From contig NC_088812.1 of assembly GCF_011386835.1 (NCBI RefSeq), forward strand, positions 372,001-436,000: 64,000 bases of DNA. The letters are read 5' to 3'. Of the stretch, positions 46,572 through 57,197 are shown piece by piece; within the stretch, counting starts at the first letter, position 1, and the number at the start of each line of letters is the position of its first letter. The position numbers and the translations under genes are program-made. Origin of the DNA: Chrysemys picta bellii (lineage: Eukaryota). The notes beneath the pieces are model-generated. The model ran no database searches and had not been told where the DNA came from. It saw only the letters and a list, made by a program, of their open reading frames with translations.

Positions 46572-46704
46572 CTGTGGGAACACCAGCAGGGCAAGTTACG
46601 ATCCCGACAGCAGCAGCCATGCTCAATTTTGTGGGGGGCACAGGGAACGAACTCATCCACCGGGGGGGGCATGGAGGAGGTGGGCCGAGCCACGGGTGGG
46701 GGGA

Positions 46705-47075
46705 GCAGGGGGCTGGAGCGAGCCGCCCCTGGGGGGGAGGGGAGGAGCAGGATGGGGAGGACAGACCGAGCCGCCCCGGGGGGGGAGGAGGATGGGGGGG
46801 GCTGGACCGAGCCGCCCGGGGGGGGGGGAGGAGGAGGATGGGGGGGGGCTGGACCGAGCCGCCCCTGGGGGGGGGGGAGGAGGAGGAGGAGGGGGGGCTG
46901 GACCGAGCCGCCCCGGGGGGGGAGGAGGAGGATGGGGGGGGCTGGACCGAGCCGCCCGGGGGGGGGGAGGAGGATGGGGGGGGCTGGACCGAGCCGCCCG
47001 GGGGGAGGGGAGGAGGAGGAGGGGGGGCTGGACCGAGCCGCCCCGGGGGGGGGACAGGGGCTGGACCGGGGGGGC
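46705..47075 (+). repeat. G-rich minisatellite (~40-50 bp unit, ~8 copies) in FBXL12 intron 1
   Basis: The anchor GGACCGAGCCGCCC is repeated between G-runs and (GGA)n tracts of variable length. Confidence 0.9.
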
Positions 47076-47085
47076 CGCGCCGCAC

Positions 47086-47180
47086 CTGGCCCCGCGCAGC
47101 CGCTCGTGCAGCGGCAGCAGCCGCAGAATCTCCAGCAGGAGGGAGTCGGGCAGCGCCCCCAGACCCGCGGCCGCCGCCAT
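47086..47180 (-). CDS. FBXL12: FBXL12 exon 1 (start, F-box)
   Basis: MAAAAGLGALPDSLLLEILRLLPLHERLRGA(R), with the LPD F-box signature. Donor AG|GTGCGG. The three exons total 942 nt = 313 aa. Confidence 0.92.
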
Positions 47181-47184
47181 CGCC

Positions 47185-47304
47185 AGACACTTCCGCTTCC
47201 GGTTCCGCCCGGCCCCGGCCACACCGACTTCCTGCCGCTAGCAGAGCACTTCCGCTTCCGGGTCAGACTCCCCAGCAGCTCCTCGGCGCTTACGGGCAGC
47301 GGCG
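47185..47304. promoter_or_regulatory. FBXL12/UBL5 bidirectional promoter with tandem ETS/GABP sites, plus the probable non-coding UBL5 exon 1
   Basis: CACTTCCGCTTCCGG occurs twice (47188-47202 and 47247-47261), with ACTTCCTG between them. Donor GCG|GTAGGT at 47305; acceptor CCCCAG| at 47606 just before the UBL5 ATG. Confidence 0.75.
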
Positions 47305-47615
47305 GTAGGTGCCGGGAGGGGCGCGGCCTCCCCCCCCCTCGTCTCAGTGTCCGTCCGTCCGTCGGCTCCCGGCAGGGCCGGCTCCGCCCTCGCCTTGGGG
47401 AGGGACCCCGCCAGAGTCCCCCAGCCAGCCAGGCCCGGCCCCCCCGCTCTCAGCCCCAATTCTCCCCATTCGGGGGGGTCACCCCACCCCCCAACCTCTC
47501 CCTCCCGCCAGAGTCCCCCTCCCCCCCTGCTCTCAGCCCCAGTTCTCCCCAGCCCTGGGCGGGGTCACCCCTTCCCCCCCCCCTGACGCCTCTCGCCTCC
47601 CCCCAGGCAGGCAGG

Positions 47616-47671
47616 ATGATCGAAGTTGTCTGCAACGACCGGCTGGGCAAGAAAGTGCGAGTCAAATGCAA
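47616..47671 (+). CDS. UBL5: UBL5 first coding exon
   Basis: MIEVVCNDRLGKKVRVKC(N). Followed by the U12-type donor GTATCCTC. Confidence 0.97.
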
Positions 47672-47846
47672 GTATCCTCCGGAGGGGATGCTGGGGTACG
47701 GCCTGTGGGAGCCTTGGGGCGTTTGGGAATGGGAGCTTCCATCAGCGCCTCTTCCTCTCCTAGCGAGAGCACCCTACCCGCTGGGAGATGCCGTGGTGGT
47801 GGGTATCTGTAACGTGACAGGTGGGAAAGGTGACTATAAATGTCTC

Positions 47847-48125
47847 CAGGGGGTAGGCAACCTATGGCATGCGAGCTGATTTTCAGTGGCACTCACTGCC
47901 TGGGTCCTGGCTACCGGTCCAGGGAGCTCTGCATTTAACGTAGCTTCTTAAACATTTTAAAAACCTTATTTACTTTACATACAGCAATAGTTTAGTTATA
48001 TATTATAGACCTATAGAAAGAGACCTTCTAAAAACATTAAAATGTATGACTGGCACACGAAACCTTAAATTAGAGTGAATAAATGAAGACTCGGCACACC
48101 CCTTCTGAAAGGCTGCCGACCCCTG
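47847..48125. mobile_element. hAT MITE in the first U12-type intron of UBL5
   Basis: Termini CAGGGGGTAGGCAACCT and AGGCTGCCGACCCCTG. TSD not evident. Confidence 0.7.
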
Positions 48126-48232
48126 ACTCTAGCTCCTTGGGGAGGAGGGGGATTCTGGCCCTGGTCAATGCCGCTTTGTCCAGGCGCTCGGTACGTGGGT
48201 GCGAATGTAGTTTCCTTAACCGTGTTGCTCAG

Positions 48233-48316
48233 CACTGAGGACACAATCGGCGACCTGAAGAAACTCATTGCAGCTCAGACTGGGACCCGCTGGGACAAAA
48301 TTGTGCTGAAGAAATG
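48233..48316 (+). CDS. UBL5: UBL5 coding exon 2
   Basis: (N)[27 protein letters not shown](W). 84 nt, GTAAGT donor. Confidence 0.97.
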
Positions 48317-48365
48317 GTAAGTGGGTGAATTAAACGCAGGGGCGAGGGAAGGAAACACCTTAGCA

Positions 48366-48754
48366 CAGGAGTGGCCAGCCTGAGAAGGAGCCAGAATTTA
48401 CCAATGTACATTGCCAAAGAGCCACAGTAACACGTCAGCAGCCCCACATCAGCTTCCCCACCCCGCTCCCAGCACCTTCTGCCCACTGGCCGCCCCACTG
48501 ATCAACTCTCCTCCCTCCCTGCTGTTTCGTGGTGTGCAAGAGGCTCTGGGGGGGAGGAGCGAGGGCACTGCAGGCTCAGGGGAGGGGGCGGAAGGGGTGG
48601 AGTGGGGGCAGGGCCTGTAGCAGAGCCAGGGGTTGAGCAGTGAGCACCCGTGGGCACATTGGAAAGTTGGTGCCTGTAGCTCCAGCCCTGGAGTTGGTGC
48701 CTATACAAGGAGCCACATATTAACTTCTAAAGAGACGCATGTTGGCCACCCCCA
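48366..48754. mobile_element. hAT MITE
   Basis: Termini CAGGAGTGGCCAGCCTG and GTTGGCCACCCCCA. Perfect 8-bp TSD CCTTAGCA (48358-48365 and 48755-48762). Confidence 0.85.
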
Positions 48755-49368
48755 CCTTAGCAGGCTTGATGCACTGGGACTCCCTGGAGCTACAGATTTC
48801 AATCCCTAGCAGGGTCATTTTAGCTCTTCATCCTCCCAAGGCAGGTAAACTGAATTCTGTGCACTTCCCTGCATGTGGGTGTGTCTGATGCAGTCTTCAG
48901 CTACAATCCACACCCCTCCCACCACACATACCCAGAGATGGCTGCATTTGAGGTAATGTGTCTCACTAGTTTCTGATGCACTCTGGGATGAATGCGAAAT
49001 CTTAAAGAATGCAACAGAAAGGGTGATCCTAGGGAGAGGAGGCATGTGGTGCAGACTTCCAGTGAGTGTTCATTTAAGATTTCTGTTTAGGTTCTCAATT
49101 TTTTAATTCTCAGATGTTTCACATTCTGTACCTTCCCCATTGTCCAATGTTCCTGGGGGCTCCATGGACAAACCTCTCACTTAAAGTCTCAGAGGCAGGC
49201 CAGCAGCTATAAACTTTGTAAAACAAAAGTATAAATAACTACAAATTATTCTGGATGAATGCTGCTGAGTGAGTTTTCCTTCATATTCTCACCTGCAGTG
49301 ACATTCGACTCAAGATTTTTACTTGGTTCTCCATCTTTTTTTCAGAATTTCCTGCTGTTCCCCTAACA

Positions 49369-49499
49369 GGGGACGGATCACTTGATGATTACATGTTCTG
49401 TTCATTCCCTCTGACACACCTGGCCTTGACCACTGTCGGAAGACAGGATACTGGGCTAGATGGACCTTGGTCTGACCCAGTATGGCCATTCTAACTTCT
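49369..49499 (+). mobile_element. Short CR1 3'-tail fragment; a similar minus-strand fragment lies at ~63553-63810
   Basis: CTGGGCTAGATGGACCTTGGTCTGACCCAGTATGGCCATTCT is the same tail family as 37199. Confidence 0.7.
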
Positions 49500-49771
49500 A
49501 TATGTGAAGTTATATATTTAACACAGTAACTGCACATAGGCTGCCTCTTCCCTTTCCCCATGGAATTCATGATTGGCATTTGTTAAAAAAACATTGTTTC
49601 AGAAACCTGTTGTAACATTTCAATGATTGATTTTCTAATGTAATAACTGATACCAGCAAACCTCTGGATATTATCACAATTGTTCCATTCTTATTGACTA
49701 CACTTCCTTTTGTTAATTCTTGTATTAGACTTCTGTTCTTGACTAACTTCCTTTTTAAAACGTTTGTGCAG

Positions 49772-49809
49772 GTACACAATCTTCAAGGACCATGTATCAC
49801 TGGGAGACT
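49772..49809 (+). CDS. UBL5: UBL5 coding exon 3
   Basis: (W)YTIFKDHVSLGD(Y). 38 nt, followed by GTATCCTT. Confidence 0.96.
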
Positions 49810-50391
49810 GTATCCTTGAACATTAGAATAGTCCAAGTAAACTGCAGCTTCTGGAGAAACCCTTTGTCTAGTTAAAATAACTGTCACTTACAAGATCCAC
49901 AACCTAAGTAGTGGAGTGACAGGCACATTATAAATACATAGCTAGACAGAGACCCTTCCTAATCTGACATAGTTCCTTGTCACAAACCAGAGGTTTTGCT
50001 TATCCCCTGGGGTACTGGTGACTGACAGTATTGATAGGCCATCATAAGATAACTGGTGAATCTACAGGAAAAAGTCCCTTACTAAACTGAGTGGGGTAGC
50101 ATATGACGGGGACTAATATGCGGAGTTAAGATGCTGCTGCTTCTAATGTTGATGCTTACAATGTCTCACATGACCCCTGTTCCCTTCCATAACACTAGCA
50201 GTTTAGTTTGTCCATTTGGGACAGAAACACAAGTGGGAAGGAGAATTCTGTTAAGAATTTGTACAATGTATCAAAGAATAAATTTGCTGCTGTAGTTTAT
50301 TTTGAATTATTGAACTGGTAGAAACTTAATGCCTTCTTCCATTTGAGTTTGAGCATTTCCTGTGGAATTCCCCTTAACTCAATCCTTCCAG

Positions 50392-50435
50392 ATGAAATCC
50401 ATGATGGCATGAACCTGGAGTTATATTATCAGTAG
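50392..50435 (+). CDS. UBL5: UBL5 last coding exon
   Basis: (Y)EIHDGMNLELYYQ*. The CDS totals 222 nt = 73 aa. AATAAA signals lie downstream (~50590 and ~50647). Confidence 0.97.
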
Positions 50436-52099
50436 CCTTGACTCTAGCTGCAGTTGCACATGGCAGGCATCACTTTTCTATTTTTTTTTCTAATATAAAA
50501 CTTGTCTATAAACTTTATTTCATGTAAGGTAAAAATTAAAAGCTCAAGTTGTGCATGTAGTTTTATCAGATGTCTTTAGCTTTGATGGCAATAAAACTAG
50601 CTGCAAACTTGTAAGAAGGTAGATTTTGTTTTAAAAAATTGTTTGTAATAAAGGTCTCCTGACAACTTCAGTGTCCTACTCCTGGCTTTTTAAGTTAGAA
50701 GAAATCTCTCTTCCTCAGTAACTGCCACAGTAGCCCTAATGAATATAGTGGCTGGAAAGCAGTGGTGGTGGTCTAGGCCATTTAGCTTTCTGGAATAAGA
50801 TGAATACTGTAGCACTCTCTATGCATCTGCTGAGAGGGACTCTCTTCTAGGTAGCTTAAGCAGCACAAACCCAAGCAAATGTATCTGTTATTTAAAATTT
50901 AGATTTTTCTCTTTTTTAAAAGAAAAACTTTGCAGTAGTTCTGTGGTTAAGCTACGATCCGGGCAGGAACATGCAAACAGCAACTCCCATCGCGTTTGTT
51001 TCTATAACAGCCTCTGCCCAAGCTATAGGCATCCTGTGTTGGTAGGTACTATAACCTTGTATATGCTCTGCCCTATCATTCTCACTGAACCTTCAAACAC
51101 AACCTCCCCTGCCCCTCCAAAATCCCACTCCCAAAAAAACCTCTCTAAACTGTTCATTCAGCTCTGTAATTGTCAATGATTGGCTAGGAGCCTGAGAATT
51201 TACATCAATGAGACATGATTGGCAGCAAGAGTGAGAGGAGAGCAATTGATTAAAAAGCACTTTAACAAATAACCGCAATAGTAATAATAGATTTCTGAAT
51301 ACCTTCATTCTTAACCCAGGCCATCTCCTGGTTTCCATGGTAAAGTCTGTCTGGTACCACTTCTGTCACAGCTGTTGTATTTATCCCCTTGTAACCCTTT
51401 TCCTGTCTCCTTTAGCATAATTTTTAACTAGATCCACCCTGTACGTCCTTGTACCTCTACTGGAATAAGGAACTAGTTGCATTCTCAGCAGCACAAACTG
51501 AAATATCTTCTTGAATTCTTATCTCATTGCCTGTAGCTGCTCCATCTGCTGGACTTTTGGTGACTTACTTTCTCAGACACCTGTGCTTCACCTTCCTCTA
51601 TTTTACCTGTAGTGACTTCTCCCCTGTCTTCTAAATTTTGGTTATTCATCCCTTTGAGCTATTTTTAATCATGCATCAATGGAGTTCCTTCCTGCTGCTC
51701 TCTGTGAGAAACCTTGAAAATATGAAACAATCAAAGATCACCCCGCAGTTCACAAAACAAAAATGGAAACCAAGTTAATGACCAAACAAACATGTAACCC
51801 TTGTCCCGTGATCCTTTTAATCGTGAATCCAAGATGTTTTTAAGACTAGAAATTTGTTTAAAATTTTAGATAGATAATGCTTCCTGGTGTATTTTGGGGG
51901 GAAACACGTGCTTGCTAATAGCCATGTGATACCCCTTCTAACACCAAACAGCAACATGTCATCTTTAGTGTGTACTACAAGCTCCTACGGCCTCCCCACA
52001 TGGCTCGGTACACGAACCCCCGACAGCAGCTGGCCGTGGCGTTCTCTCCCTGTCCCTCCCCGGCTTCCATCCTCGTCACGTGGTCCTGAGACTCGGGAA

Positions 52100-52255
52100 T
52101 CGCTTCCGGGATCATTGCGGCCTTTCGCCCGTAGCCAATCACTGATCTTCTGCGCCAATGAGACAGGGTCTAGCGAGGGGGCGGGACCTCAGCTTTTTTG
52201 AACCAATGGGAGCCCGTGTGGGGTGGGGCCTCGGTCTCCCCTGCGCCAATGGGAG
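52100..52255 (+). promoter_or_regulatory. PIN1 CpG-island promoter with four CCAAT boxes, a GC box and an ETS site
   Basis: CCAAT at 52135, 52155, 52203 and 52246; GGGGCGGGA at ~52178; CGCTTCCGGG at 52101. Confidence 0.7.
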
Positions 52256-52311
52256 GCGCTGGCGCTGGCGGGCGCGGGGAGGCGGAGCGGGCGCGGCGCG
52301 GCGGAGGGAAG

Positions 52312-52369
52312 ATGGCGGAGGAGGAGAAGCTGCCCTCGGGCTGGGAGAAGCGCATGAGCCGCAGCTCAG
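52312..52369 (+). CDS. PIN1: PIN1 exon 1 (WW domain start)
   Basis: MAEEEKLPSGWEKRMSRSS(G). 58 nt, donor CAG|GTACCG. Confidence 0.97.
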
Positions 52370-52429
52370 GTACCGCGGGCCGAGCGGGTGCCCGGGCGCT
52401 GGGGCTGGAGGAGGGGCCGCTGGGGGCCG

Positions 52430-52930
52430 AGCCGAGCCGAGCCTGGGGCGGGGCCGGGCTGGGTGGTGGGGGGCCGGGGCTGGCTGGGAATGGGGGGGGC
52501 CCTGTAGGGGGTCTGGTCTGTGGGGGCCGGGCTGGGGCGGGCCGGGAATGGGGGGGTCTGTGGGGGCCGAGCCTGGTGCGGGGCTGGGTGGTGGGGGGGC
52601 GGGGCTGCCTGGGAATGGGGGGGCCCTGTAGGGGGTCTGGTCTGGGGGGGCCGGGCCGAGCCTGGGGCCGGGCTGCTTGGGTAGGAGGCGGGGCTGGGTG
52701 GTGGGGGGCTGGGAATGGGGGAGTCTGGGGGGGCCGGGCGGAGCTTGGGGCCGGGTTGGTAGGAGGTGGATTCTGGCCCGGGTGGGGCTGGCGGGGAATG
52801 GGGGGAGGGTGTTGGGGCCGGAGGCGGGGCCTGGTGGAGGGGGGCGGGTTGGGCCTGGGGGGCTGTGTCGGGTGGGTGGACGGACGCGGGGGGAGTTGGC
52901 CCCAGAGGGGTTGGGGTGCCGAGGGTTTGG
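52430..52930 (+). repeat. G-rich degenerate tandem repeat in PIN1 intron 1
   Basis: GCCCTGTAGGGGGTCTGG at 52499 and 52623 (period ~124), plus many G-runs. Confidence 0.75.
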
Positions 52931-54041
52931 GCCCGGAGGCCAGAGGGTTGGTCCCACAGGTGTAGGTCCTGGGGGATGGGGGGGGGGACACGGTTGCTTG
53001 GTCCCCATGGGCTGGTCTGTGGGGGGTGGTTCCGTCGCATGGAGATATCCTGGGGGGTTGGTTAGCCCCCCCTTATTGAGGTGGGTGATTGGTTCCCATG
53101 GGGACGGCCTTGCATGGTGGGTTTTATTTGGTGGGTGCCCTGCTGCATACACAGAGTAGAGCCAGGGATGAAGTGACTTTATCAGTGATTCCCTGTGGTG
53201 GGGGAGGCTCTAGTGTGGCAGGCTGGGGGTCTCGCCATGTCTTTGCTTGGGATAAGCTTTCCCCATGCTATGAGACCAGAGAGCAAGCTCTGGAGGGCTC
53301 GTGTTTGTTCACCTTGGGGTGGATGGGCAAGTCTGGAATGAAGCTCTGGAGTGTCCCTATGTCGGGAGGGCAAGTGGAAGCTGGAAAGGTGTCTTTCTTG
53401 GATGCTGGTCCCAGTGTGGATGGAGTGGATACTGGGGCGTGTTCTGCTATGGGGTAGGGTCAAGTCTAGAGCAAGGCCATGACACACTCCATGTGCAGTT
53501 TAGAGGCAAAGCACTTGCACAGGCTCATGACATGAATCTTGTGTTCCAGATAGTTTTGCCAGGATGCTGATAAGCCCACGGTAGTTGTTTTATAATTGGA
53601 GGTTTGGTCCCTGTATCTTTGGGCTGGAATTTCCCTTTCCCCCTTGTTGCCTTCCGTGCAGTGCTCTGTGCGTGACAGTCACACTCCTTAAGAGCTTTGA
53701 GTACTTGGTTTGCTGGTTCAAAATCCTTTGGGGTGAAAGGGGTTATAGAGAGGGAGGTTAATGATGCAGAAAATCAGCCTGGCCCATGTGAATTCCTGCT
53801 CGTGCAGCATCTCCAAGTTACAGTATTAGTTGGCTTGGCTGCACAGCTGGGTGTCCCCTGTCCTCTTGATTGCTTGCTTCCGGAGAATTTTGCTGCTTAT
53901 TCTAAAGAGCAGTTGGTTTTGATTGGGGTGTGTTTTTTGTTAGTGGTAGCACCCAAAAACACATCCAGGATCAAGGCCCCATTGTTTGTGCGGTGCCCGG
54001 CACACACAGACATGATTTCTTGCTTAGTCTTCCAACTGCAA

Positions 54042-54480
54042 GATCATAGAATTGTAGGACTAGAAAGGGACCCTGCAAGGTTCTCTATTTCAGTCCCCTG
54101 CACTCCTGGCAGGACTAAGTATTATCTAGACCATCCCTGACAGGTGTTTGTCTAAACTGCTCTTAAAAATCCAATGATGGAGATTCCACAGCCTCTCTAG
54201 GCAATTTGTTCCAGTGCTTAGTCACCCTGACAGTTAGGAAGTTTTTCCTAATGTCCAACCTAAACCACCCATTGCTTCTTGTCTTATCCTCAGAAGTTAA
54301 GGAGAACAGGTTTTCTCCCTCCATCTTGTAACAGCCTTATATACTTGAAAACTGTTATGTCCCCAGACAAACCGAATGTTTTCAATCTTCCCTCATAGGT
54401 CACGGTTTTTAGACTGCTAATCATTTTTGTTGTGCTTTTCTAGACTTTCTCCAGTTTGTCCACATCTTTTCTGAAATCTG
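54042..54480 (-). mobile_element. CR1 LINE 3' fragment in PIN1 intron 1
   Basis: GATCATAGAATTGTAGGACTAGAAAGGGACC is the reverse complement of a CR1 3' end, followed by a decayed ORF2 C-terminus. Confidence 0.85.
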
Positions 54481-55196
54481 TAAATTATGATGCATTTGTA
54501 AGGTATGAGTCACTGATATGTAGGCCTTTCATCCTTCCAGTGTAGGGATTTCACCATGCTTTATGTATCGCTTTACCCCAACATATATGTGAAGATAATA
54601 TCCTTGTTCTTTGCCAGAAACCCAGAACCTTTCACTTTCTCTTCAGGGATAATACACGCAGAGTTCTGCTGTGTGAATGCACTTCTTCAGAAGGTGTGTT
54701 GCTGTTGTGTGATGCCGGAAGGCTGCAGACACACTTTCTGCTTTCATAAAAATGAGTACTTTACAAATATGAACTATCCAGTTCACCTGTGGTGAAGGTT
54801 ATCCTGGGAAGGTTTAAGGGCCTTCTTGTATAGAAATCTGGTAGTTTTGACATGGACTTCAATGAGAACTGGATCAGAACTGAAGTGACTTGCCAGAGCT
54901 GGAAAGAGGCTGGATGAACTGTTGTGCTCACACCACCCCTTCCTTTATTTCTTATTAGGAATGTTTGTTAGAGACCAGAATCTTAACAGATGGGATTGAC
55001 ATCTGCAGTGCAGCAGCATTCCCTTATTATGGGGTATTGAGTGTTTCCAGTTCCTCATTTGAGCTGACATCCACACATTCTCACCCACTTGCAGAAATTC
55101 AGAGTCTTGTATTTTTGATGAGATAAGCAAGAAACTAGTGCCATGAGTCTGAAAGGAACTTTTAAAATCTAATCCTCTCCTCCCTTTTATTTGTAG

Positions 55197-55397
55197 GCCG
55201 TGTGTACTACTTCAATCACATTACGAATGCCAGCCAGTGGGAGCGCCCCAGCGGTGGCGGGAAGAACGGCCAAGGAGAGCCCGCCAAAGTGCGCTGTTCG
55301 CACCTCTTGGTGAAGCACAACCAATCCAGAAGACCCTCATCGTGGAGGCAGGAAAAGATCACGCGAAGCAAAGATGAGGCACTGGAGCTTATAAATG
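55197..55397 (+). CDS. PIN1: PIN1 exon 2 (WW domain end, PPIase start); exons 3-4 not found in the window
   Basis: (G)[66 protein letters not shown](G). 201 nt, phase 1, donor G|GCAAGT. Confidence 0.96.
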
Positions 55398-56988
55398 GCA
55401 AGTAAAAGCAGGAGAGGTTGATGGTAGAAAAGGGGAAAGTCATGTTAGGGCCTAAAACAAACACACACACAGAGAAATGGCTTATTAGTGGCATGAACAC
55501 TCGAAGGCAAAGTTTTTGAGCCAAGTGGCTTGAACATGGACTTTCGTGTAGCACAGCCACTTGGGGAATCAATTTTGCTGTGTGATTCACTGACCCTGAT
55601 TAAATGACATAAGAACAGGATTCATCCCTTCCCCATCCACTCTTTGTGTTTTTGTAATGTCATGTCAGACAGGTGTATTTGTATTTTCTTTGTAAATGTG
55701 TATATTATTTTTATATTAAAAATAAAATAACTATTTGACGCGAAAACAAATGTTCCTTTAACATCTTCCTTTTTCTACATTTAAGATTTCATTTGCCCTA
55801 ATGCAGTTTCTATAAATTCTGATGAATCTGTGCCTGAGATATGCATAAACATTTGCACAGGGATAGTCAAATATCCTACTTAGATGATCCACAAAATGTA
55901 CATTTCCCAACACAGTCAGTTTCCCAGTGTGCGATGGCCTTAAACTGGTCCAAGAGGGATGGAATCCTGTGTCTTTCCTAAGGCCTGTTGTGACAAGTCA
56001 CCATACGTATTGTCCCTTGCAATGCTGGCAGTAGCTTTTAATTGGGATGCTGCTTAGGCAGTGAGGTTTGGACTTGTGAACTGAGCATGGGATTGGCATT
56101 TAGAGACTGGATTCTCATCCCAGCTTCTCCATTGACTCTCCTATTGCTTTGGGGCCAAGTTAGTCAGGGTCTGGGGTGAAGTCACTGTGGAGTCTTCCTA
56201 CTGACTTTGGATCAGCGCCTTAACCTTTTTCCCATTTGCGAAATAGTCTGACCTACCTCACAGGGGTGTTGTGAGGATTAACATTTTGTAAAGTGCTTTG
56301 AAGCTGTAAAGCACGGTTATTGCTGCATGCTGTTATGTTATTGTAAAGTTTCTTGTTGCTTTTGGAGGGCTCAGGAATGAGGTTTTACTCGCAACAGCCT
56401 TGACCCTGCTTCAATTAAAAAAACCCAACAATTTGACAGCATCTGGGGGAGAAGAAAATCACCCCCAGCAAACTCCGTGTAGCCGTGAAGGCTCTCCAGG
56501 GTACTAACCAAGCGGTGGTGCCCAGTGTGTTTTGAAAGAGATGCGGAATTAACTGCCAAGAATGCTAGCACCTTTTCAGGAAAATCTCCTTTGTGAGTTA
56601 GCTTAATTAATTAGTTATAACTGGCATAATAAAGAAGCTGTTGTGTACTGCAGGGTGTGAGGAGTGCTACAACAAAGCTTATTAGAACTGTGCACATGGA
56701 GTTGAGAATTTTATAAATAAAAATAATTTGAAATATTTGCAGCCTGACTGTCATAAACAGTAATTAATCCTAGTAGATTCACTTGTATCTTAGGGTGAAA
56801 CTCTTCTCTGTGCAAAGAGCTAGCACAAGACTGCAGTAGTATCTAGGCCTCATGCTGCCCCCCTGCATAGAGGTGAGGATTTAGGTGGGTCTTGTTTGCT
56901 CTTTGCATGGGGGGGAATTTCACATCATACCAAATAACTGACCATTGACATTTTGTAGTACAGCAAAGTTTGCTGTCCTATACTGATA

Positions 56989-57197
56989 CAGCAGAACCCC
57001 ATTTATCTGATCTAATTGGGATTAGGGCCTGATTGGATAATCAAAAATTGGGATAATCCAGAGAATGGGAAAATGCGGGCCTGCAGCACCATCTAGTGGT
57101 CACAGGAGAGAGTACCTGTTTTGGACCTGTGTGTGCTGGTTGTTTGGCTCCTATGGAGAGCTGGAAAATGGAGGGTCGGATAAATGGGGTTTTACTG
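56989..57197. mobile_element. Tigger-like MITE (209 bp)
   Basis: TIRs CAGCAGAACCCCATTTATC and GATAAATGGGGTTTTACTG, with TA on both sides. Confidence 0.85.

Noticed and set aside
46412-47879. Long ORFs spanning FBXL12 exons 1-2 and the UBL5 start
   Set aside because: They read through GC-rich introns and the minisatellite; only the spliced exons match known proteins.
52139-53159. Gly- or Pro-rich ORFs at the PIN1 5' end
   Set aside because: They are low-complexity intron 1 sequence; only 52312-52369 is coding.
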